This document shows, one piece after another, positions 58,295 through 64,000 of a stretch of DNA of 64,000 nt (its first letter is position 1; each line of letters opens with the position of its first letter). Below the pieces are notes generated by a model. That model made no database searches. It was not told where the DNA came from and worked only from the letters and a program-made list of their open reading frames with translations. The stretch spans positions 32,001 through 96,000 of the IMG/VR virus record IMGVR_UViG_3300032294_002363. The stretch is one strand, 5' to 3'. The stretch is from a virus. A program made the position numbers and the translations under genes.

Positions 58295-60226
58295 TTATTC
58301 AAAATGGCGGACTGCATATTTTGGACTAATTAATCTATACTTATTACCAGTAATAATTTTGCCAGATGGGTAATCTGCAAAATCGCTATCACCGAAACTA
58401 TTTTGATATTTTTTAAGATTAAAATCATTAGTAATTCCAGCAAAAATCCAAGTGCTGTTAAATGTGATTTGCCTAACTCCTGTATCTCTAAGAATCCAAG
58501 AAGGAGCAGCGCCATTTAATGTATTATTTAATGTATTACTACAATAAAGATTACCAGAATTATCTAAAATATAAATTACTGCGCCTAATGGATATGTATT
58601 ATTATAAAGAACGATATTATTAATATTCTCTTTTGTTAATGAATTTGGGATTTCGTGTTGATGCCTTCCGCCGAGAATATATTGAATTTCAATTTTACTA
58701 TCTTGTTTTAAGATAACTGGATTGTTGGGATTATCTCCAAACATATTGTATGCTCCAGTGGCATATAGAGTATATTCATCATATGTTTGATTAATTGCTG
58801 TCAATGTACTAAGTGTGTTATAATTATCAAATTTTACTGGACTAGAAGAAGCATTTGCTTGAATTTTATAAATTTTACCGTCGTTATATATTTCATAATA
58901 ATAAGGATATGGTCCGCTTAAAAGTTTCTTAGGGACTCTACTAGATTTATAATTTGCTGTATAAAAATAAAATCCAGTTTGATCGTTATATTTTTGAATT
59001 GCTGCTATCCCTGCGTCATCTTCATTATGAGTTTCTGCAACAGAAATAAAATCTGGGATAGTGGATGTTCCGCCTCCTCCTAAATTATAATCTCTAGCTA
59101 AATATATTCGAGTACTAGAATTAATACTATACTGTTGTGGTCGTAAATATGCTGGGTTTAGAACAGAATAATTTTCACCTTGTTCAGTTATTCCACTTGG
59201 TGGGAAAATAATAAAATAATTGTTCCCTCCAAAATTAACTATATTTTGAATTTCTGTTGAAATTAATGGTCTATTCATTGTTGTCTTTAATAAATAATTA
59301 CCATATGGTTCAAATCTATCTTCAGCATAATCCCAAATTATTTTATCTGCATCTTCTGTTATATAATCAAGAACATTTATTCCTACTGCTCCACCTGATC
59401 CACCGCTAGATCCGCTACCTGATCCACCACCAGAACTTTCTGTCGAATCTGCATTTTGTATTTTTAATTCTATTGGTGTCTTATATAAAATATCTGCTCG
59501 ATACCATTTTTTAGTTGGAATAAAACTAGTTCCAGTATAGTTATTATAATACATGATGTCATTCTCTGCATCATAAAGACACCAGATGTCATTTCTTTTG
59601 TATTTAATCCAATTTGTTCTAAATTTTCCACTTAGATCATTTCCATTCTCATCTTTAATAAATGAAGCGGGATAGTACCCTCTTGAATCTGATGTATTTG
59701 AAAGTTGTGAAGAATCAGATAAATAATTAGCGCTTTCTTCGCCTTTAAATATAACAAATTTATTGCCAAAATATCCTCCTAAGCCTTGTCCATAAATAAA
59801 TCTAACACTAGTATGTGTTCCGCCACTGCTTGATGTGTTTATTGTAACAAAATTATATTTAGTAGAGCTAATGAAAGATATTGCTTTACCATTTGTAATG
59901 CTAAAACCCGAGTCATCATATATATTTATTAAATTATAATCTTCTTCTGATTCTGCAATTAAAGATGCTTCGATTTTTTGTTCAATTTTTTTTACAACAA
60001 CAATATTTACTTTTTGTTCTGATCTTTTAACTTTATTTTCTATTTTTTTTGTTTTTAATTCTATTCTCTGCGTTTTTTCTGTTATGACTTGAGCATTAGT
60101 TACTGGATCTGATTGTAGATTAGTTTTTTCTGCTGTTAAAGCAGTAACTTCTGCAAGAATATTTTTAATTTCAGTTACTTTTGAAACTATTCTACTAACA
60201 AACGATCTTTTACTAGCGCGAGCCAT
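58295..60226 (-). CDS. large virion-like protein: coiled-coil N-terminus, Gly/Ser linker, beta-rich C-terminus
   Basis: 643 aa; SSGGGSGSGSSGGSGG linker. Confidence 0.55.
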   Translation of the reverse strand: MARASKRSFVSRIVSKVTEIKNILAEVTALTAEKTNLQSDPVTNAQVITEKTQRIELKTKKIENKVKRSEQKVNIVVVKKIEQKIEASLIAESEEDYNLINIYDDSGFSITNGKAISFISSTKYNFVTINTSSSGGTHTSVRFIYGQGLGGYFGNKFVIFKGEESANYLSDSSQLSNTSDSRGYYPASFIKDENGNDLSGKFRTNWIKYKRNDIWCLYDAENDIMYYNNYTGTSFIPTKKWYRADILYKTPIELKIQNADSTESSGGGSGSGSSGGSGGAVGINVLDYITEDADKIIWDYAEDRFEPYGNYLLKTTMNRPLISTEIQNIVNFGGNNYFIIFPPSGITEQGENYSVLNPAYLRPQQYSINSSTRIYLARDYNLGGGGTSTIPDFISVAETHNEDDAGIAAIQKYNDQTGFYFYTANYKSSRVPKKLLSGPYPYYYEIYNDGKIYKIQANASSSPVKFDNYNTLSTLTAINQTYDEYTLYATGAYNMFGDNPNNPVILKQDSKIEIQYILGGRHQHEIPNSLTKENINNIVLYNNTYPLGAVIYILDNSGNLYCSNTLNNTLNGAAPSWILRDTGVRQITFNSTWIFAGITNDFNLKKYQNSFGDSDFADYPSGKIITGNKYRLISPKYAVRHFE

Positions 60227-60238
60227 GTTCTGGCTCCA

Positions 60239-60736
60239 TTAACTTCTTTCCCAGCTAATATAGTTTGGGGTTGCGCCAGAAACACTAACTACGCCAGTAT
60301 AAGCTTGGTCAGAAAGACTTCCGCCATCACCAGCATTAGAAGCTGTGTTTGCGGCTAATACAAAATTAAATGAAGAACTACTTGCATTTGTTCCATATTT
60401 TACATAAAGAACACCAGTAGCAAGATTTTGAACAAACAATTCTAAGCGATTTTCATTAGCAAGTAAAATTGCACCATTTGAACCGCTTGCTGTACTATTA
60501 GATATTGAAGAACTCTGGATAGGAGAAGTTGAAACATTATCAAGATTTTTATCTAAGTTCGCTTGATAAACTGTTATTCCAGAAGGAATATTTGCTCCTG
60601 TAACAAAAATATTAGATAGTAAGCCTTCGATTCCATCGATCTTGCTAAAATCAAGAGCTTGAAATCCAGTAATATCGCTATTGTATACTAAACTAATTCT
60701 TTTCTCTGTAACGTCTGTAGAAGTAATATTTGACAT
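60239..60736 (-). CDS. virion/fibre-like protein, paralogue family with 1-770 and 62474-62974
   Basis: EKRISLVYNSDITGFQALDFSKID; ANENRLELFVQNLATGVLYVKYG; YISWERS. GTGTAA at 60748-60753, 11 nt upstream. Confidence 0.6.
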   Translation of the reverse strand: MSNITSTDVTEKRISLVYNSDITGFQALDFSKIDGIEGLLSNIFVTGANIPSGITVYQANLDKNLDNVSTSPIQSSSISNSTASGSNGAILLANENRLELFVQNLATGVLYVKYGTNASSSSFNFVLAANTASNAGDGGSLSDQAYTGVVSVSGATPNYISWERS

Positions 60737-60778
60737 AGCATCTAATATTACACTTTAAAAATTAAAAATATTAAAAAA

Positions 60779-62425
60779 TTATCTAGTTTCTCGCCATTGT
60801 AAGCTTGCAAAAGTATTGCTTGAATTAGTTCCAATTCCAGATCCAACTATAACAAAAACATTACTATTTGTGCTATCAATATTTTGACTAATATAACCTC
60901 TTTTTGCGCTTGATAAAGTTTGTATTTGAGATTGAGAACTAAATTTTCCTGCCCCTTGACCTCCAGCAATACAATATCCAGCATCTATTAACATACCACT
61001 ACTTAAATTAACACTTGTTGCACTAATATTATATTGAACAACGCTTTCATCGTTTACGCTTACCCAAGTTCCGCCAACTATTTGACCAGTACTTGGAATT
61101 CTCCAAAGTTCATAAGTTACTGCATCTACAGCTGTATAAATATTAGCCATGTTTGGTCTAACAACGCTTCGGTTTGGTTTACCATAATATCCAGTCTTTA
61201 GTGCTATTGCGATTAGTGGAAGTTGGCTAGTTGTGGCTACTGATCTTGCTGTAAGATTTCTTGCTGCAAAATCTACTCCTGCTTCACTGTATCCACCTTC
61301 ACTCATTACTGTAGCGCAAATTTGATCCATAGTATCTGTTCCAACTGCTACAGCGTAATTTCTAATTTCACATCTAACTGGAAGATTTGGGTTACTCCAA
61401 TAAACGGTTGGTTTGTTATTGCTATTATAAAATTCATGAGCAATTACTGATTCACCATCATGTATAAAACCAGCTCGTAGTCTTCCTACCCCTAACCATT
61501 GAAAATCTGCAGTAAATAATTGTGTTTTTGTTCGATCTAAATTAAATTGAGAAATTCCACTTCCATTACATTTATCAATATTCCAATTATTTTGAGTAAT
61601 TCTTTGATCATATACAGTACCAGAAACATTATTTCTTAAAACAAAAGATAAAGTACCATCTCCACTTTGTTCAAAAAATATACCATTATAATCATCAAAA
61701 AGACCAATCCTTTTATTTGTGCCAGCTCTATATCCTGTAAAATTAAAACTTTGAAAAGTCAATTGACTTTTTCCTGGCATGTAGTGATGATACATTCTGC
61801 TTTGGTGAATTGTAAAATCATTAGCTCCAGTTCCAACTTGTAGTATTGCTTTTGCTTGATCGATATTAAATGTTATATTAGAATTTGTACCACTAGTTTT
61901 AGTTAATAATTCTGTTTCTTCTCCATAAACGTGAGAATAATCTGCAAGAGTAAATGGATTTGATATTCTTTGGCGACCAAATGCATCTATTTGAGCAGAT
62001 TGTGCTGAAAAATTAGTTACATTAACATCAACTGGATTGATTACAGATAAATTTCCAGTTACATTTTGAATCGCTGGAAAGTTTACAACAGATACATTTC
62101 CAGTAATGTTACCAGTTACATTTTGAATTGCTGGGAAATTATTTACTAAAATTCCAGTTACTCCAGAAACTGTTGCAACATAAAGTGGGTCTGCTGGATG
62201 ATTATGTACGTCTACTGTGTCTGCTACTGTTAAACTACCACCAGTTACATTAACTTGTACTGTACTAACTCCAGTTAGATGAACTTCTATTCCTCCTCTT
62301 AAAAGAGATTCAATATCATCTAATTTACTAAAATCTAATGGTTGATAATATCCGCTTTCGCTGTTATATACAAATGATATTCTTTTTTCTGTTGAATCTT
62401 GGGTATTAAAAAAATTATTATCCAT
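60779..62425 (-). CDS. conserved phage virion structural protein with the shared DFSK N-terminal motif
   Basis: DAFGRQRISNPFTL...YMPGKSQ...GIFFE...FQWLGVGRLRAGF...PNLPVRCEI...ICATVMSEGG resembles aquatic-phage virion proteins (recollection). GTGTAA at 62435-62440, 9 nt upstream. Confidence 0.6.
   Translation of the reverse strand: MDNNFFNTQDSTEKRISFVYNSESGYYQPLDFSKLDDIESLLRGGIEVHLTGVSTVQVNVTGGSLTVADTVDVHNHPADPLYVATVSGVTGILVNNFPAIQNVTGNITGNVSVVNFPAIQNVTGNLSVINPVDVNVTNFSAQSAQIDAFGRQRISNPFTLADYSHVYGEETELLTKTSGTNSNITFNIDQAKAILQVGTGANDFTIHQSRMYHHYMPGKSQLTFQSFNFTGYRAGTNKRIGLFDDYNGIFFEQSGDGTLSFVLRNNVSGTVYDQRITQNNWNIDKCNGSGISQFNLDRTKTQLFTADFQWLGVGRLRAGFIHDGESVIAHEFYNSNNKPTVYWSNPNLPVRCEIRNYAVAVGTDTMDQICATVMSEGGYSEAGVDFAARNLTARSVATTSQLPLIAIALKTGYYGKPNRSVVRPNMANIYTAVDAVTYELWRIPSTGQIVGGTWVSVNDESVVQYNISATSVNLSSGMLIDAGYCIAGGQGAGKFSSQSQIQTLSSAKRGYISQNIDSTNSNVFVIVGSGIGTNSSNTFASLQWRETR
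62055..62137. repeat. 26-nt direct repeat, period 57 nt (encodes NFPAIQNVTGN twice)
   Basis: ccagttacattttgaatcgctggaaa (62055-62080) vs ccagttacattttgaattgctgggaa (62112-62137), 2 mismatches. Confidence 0.9.
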
Positions 62426-62473
62426 TGAAGTGTATTACACCTCTATGTGCAGAATAAGTAATTTATTAATTAA

Positions 62474-62974
62474 TTAAACTCTTTCCCAAGCTATAAAACT
62501 TGGAGAGTTTGTATTACCAGTTGTAGTAACTATTCCAGTATAACTTTCATCTCTATATACTAGATTATTACCGCTAAGTAGAACATTAAAGGATGTTAAT
62601 GTTGGAGAAGAGCCTAATTTAACATATACAGCTGGGGCTCCTAAATTTTGAATATAAAATTCTTTTCTGCTAGAATTAGCTGCGATTGCTGTACCATGAA
62701 CAGAAGCTGGGGTATAATTAGATGCTGAACTTGTTTTTGCTGGTGTGCTAGTTACTGAATCAGTAATAGAATTCAAATCAAATTGATTAACATTTATAGA
62801 TCCGCTTAGTACAGCTTGTCTTACGTCGTACATGTAAGATTCAATTTCATTGATCTTACCAAAATCAAAAGCTACTCCTGTTGTTTGTGCATCGCTATCA
62901 TTTACTAAAATATTAGCTAAATCTTGATAACGATTTGGATCATTTCTATCTATTGTATTTGATGTTACACCCAT
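62474..62974 (-). CDS. virion/fibre-like protein, paralogue family
   Basis: FDFGKINEIES; ANSSRKEFYIQNLGAPAVYVKLG; FIAWERV. GTGTAA at 62999-63004. Confidence 0.6.
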   Translation of the reverse strand: MGVTSNTIDRNDPNRYQDLANILVNDSDAQTTGVAFDFGKINEIESYMYDVRQAVLSGSINVNQFDLNSITDSVTSTPAKTSSASNYTPASVHGTAIAANSSRKEFYIQNLGAPAVYVKLGSSPTLTSFNVLLSGNNLVYRDESYTGIVTTTGNTNSPSFIAWERV

Positions 62975-63032
62975 GTTAATTTCCTTTGTTTCAAGTTATT
63001 ACACCTAAAAAAGTTTAATTTGAATAAAAATG

Positions 63033-63104
63033 AGCCAGAAATCGGATTCGAACCGATGACCTGCGGTTTACAAAACCGCTGCACTACCGCTGTGCTATTC
63101 TGGC
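63033..63104 (-). tRNA. trnT: tRNA-Thr(UGU)
   Basis: GCCAGAA/TTCTGGC acceptor; GCAC/GTGC D-stem; GCGGT-TTTGTAA-ACCGC anticodon arm; ATCGG-TTCGAAT-CCGAT T arm; CCA not encoded. Confidence 0.96.
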
Positions 63105-63122
63105 CTATTTATTATTATTATA

Positions 63123-63323
63123 TTATTTTTTTACTTTTTCAATTATATCTTGCTCTTTTACCCATTGAACATAAACTAAATTAACAAACACTTCATATCT
63201 AATACTATAATCCCAATTCAAATTTGCTTGTCTTATATTAATTATTTCACCAACTGCTATTTCATTATTATAAATACAAATATATTTTACTTTATCTCCA
63301 ACCTTGTATTTAGGATTGCTCAT
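63123..63323 (-). CDS. small SH3/KOW-like hypothetical protein
   Basis: KYKVGDKVKY... beta-barrel pattern; ATGA overlap with the upstream micropeptide. Confidence 0.65.
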   Translation of the reverse strand: MSNPKYKVGDKVKYICIYNNEIAVGEIINIRQANLNWDYSIRYEVFVNLVYVQWVKEQDIIEKVKK

Positions 63324-63403
63324 AAGCCTAATAAGAATTTAGCTATGCCAAATATAATAATGCCGATAATAATAGTATATATGTATTCTGCGCCGTCTTT
63401 CAT
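63320..63403 (-). CDS. 27-aa membrane micropeptide, not in the ORF track
   Basis: MKDGAEYIYTIIIGIIIFGIAKFLLGL; GTGTAA at 63416-63421, 12 nt upstream; TGA overlaps the next ATG. Confidence 0.6.
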   Translation of the reverse strand: MKDGAEYIYTIIIGIIIFGIAKFLLGL

Positions 63404-63432
63404 TTACTTATTAATTTACACTTTTTTTAACT

Positions 63433-63820
63433 TGGACGCGGAGAGAATTGAACTCTCGTCTTTTAGAGAATTTAAATTAAAATACTACAAGTTTATTTCT
63501 TTTTATTTTTAGCTTTATATAGAAAAAGAACAAACATACTCAGCGATTTTATTTTGAATACTAAACCTATAAAGAATAAAAAAACTTTATAAGAGAAGAC
63601 ATCTAATTACGCAATTATCCATTAGATGTGTCATGGTAATCACGCTGTAGAACTTAGGCTACAGAAGCGGTCTCCTCAACTAGAGAGACTCTAGCAGAGA
63701 TATGACCTTTGTATTTAGCTGTTTTGGCAGTTAATACTTTTAAGGCTTTTTAAAGAGACCCACCTAAACCTCTACCTGCATTTTAATTTCGATTCCTAAA
63801 ATCGAAACCAGTACGCGCCC
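63433..63820 (-). ncRNA. ssrA: tmRNA (one-piece, 388 nt)
   Basis: 5' GGGCGCGTACTGGTTTCGA and 3' GAGAG-TTCAATT-CTCTC-CGCGTCC-A form an acceptor stem with G3-U70; long helix 2; pk1-like element; UAACU-GCC resume context; stop codon in a hairpin loop. Confidence 0.93.
63654..63728 (-). other. tmRNA tag reading frame (A)AKTAKYKGHISARVSLVEETASVA*
   Basis: Resume codon GCC at 63728-63726 after TATTAACT; TAA at 63656-63654. Confidence 0.8.
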
Positions 63821-63843
63821 AATGAGAAAGAACTTGTGTTATT

Positions 63844-63849
63844 TTACAC
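63844..63849 (-). promoter_or_regulatory. GTGTAA element upstream of tmRNA
   Basis: 23 nt before the mature 5' end (63820) of a non-coding gene. Confidence 0.65.
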
Positions 63850-63850
63850 A

Positions 63851-64000
63851 TTATAAGGCTTTTAAAAGTTTTTCGCAATCTTTTTTATAAACAAAATTAA
63901 ATTTAATTCTTGCACCATTTATATCTGAAATTAATTGAGGTATTGCAATACAAGGATACTCATTAGGTTCGTCATAAATATTACCATTATCTATATTATA
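63851..64000 (-). CDS. 3' end of a hypothetical protein entering from beyond the window
   Basis: Open frame YNIDNGNIYDEPNEYPCIAIPQLISDINGARIKFNFVYKKDCEKLLKAL*. Confidence 0.6.
   Translation of the reverse strand, partial: YNIDNGNIYDEPNEYPCIAIPQLISDINGARIKFNFVYKKDCEKLLKAL

Noticed and set aside
895-58515. Short nested or antisense ORFs in the track (e.g. 895-1119, 8556-8837, 8657-8995, 14670-15080, 28852-29127, 43037-43312, 46007-46336, 57113-57298)
   Set aside because: Fully overlapped by longer, motif-supported genes; no promoter element or recognisable domain.
60228-60238. TTCTGGCTCCA matching the mature 3' end of tRNA-Thr, as a possible att site
   Set aside because: Only 11 nt, on the opposite strand, overlapping the GGAG ribosome-binding site of 58295-60226; no integrase in the window.
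63228-63512. + strand 94-aa ORF from the track
   Set aside because: Antisense to two coupled - strand ORFs and the tmRNA 3' end; a shadow ORF.
1-64000. Stop-codon reassignment, inteins or self-splicing introns
   Set aside because: Conserved genes are full length in the standard code, TAA/TGA/TAG all terminate genes, and DnaB, RecA, ThyX and DnaE show no large insertions.

Overview
AT-rich 64-kb segment of a large, probably lytic, tailed dsDNA phage with siphovirus-like tail genes (no sheath gene seen). (1) 1-28.7 kb, + strand: virion module with five tandem lectin-like paralogues, a C1q-like protein, neck/tail-completion genes, tail tube, chaperones, a 1962-aa tape measure and tail-tip proteins including a 7-blade FG-GAP propeller. 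(2) 28.7-43.8 kb, - strand: replication/recombination genes (Rad52/Sak-like, DnaE split into PHP, DEDD exonuclease and catalytic genes, Cas4-like nuclease, primase, ThyX, DnaB, RecA-like) with two glycosyltransferases. (3) 43.7-53.9 kb, - strand: a glycan biosynthesis locus (Gmd, ColD-like His-for-Lys PLP enzyme, methyltransferase, nucleotidyltransferase-HAD-kinase fusion, several GTs). (4) 53.9-64 kb, mostly - strand: late genes, a candidate lysis cassette, tRNA-Thr(UGU) and a full tmRNA with an atypical 24-codon tag. Two promoter classes are readable: seven sigma70-type TTGAnn-N17-TAnnnT sites before replication/glycan genes, and a recurrent (G/C)TGTA(A/T) element before late genes, mostly so close to the start codon that mRNAs would be nearly leaderless. 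Leading hypotheses: a phage-encoded virion glycosylation system acting on (S/T)-Gly-rich tail proteins, and a single-element late promoter with a hairpin switch on the candidate lysis gene. All product calls come from motif recognition by eye; no database searches were run.
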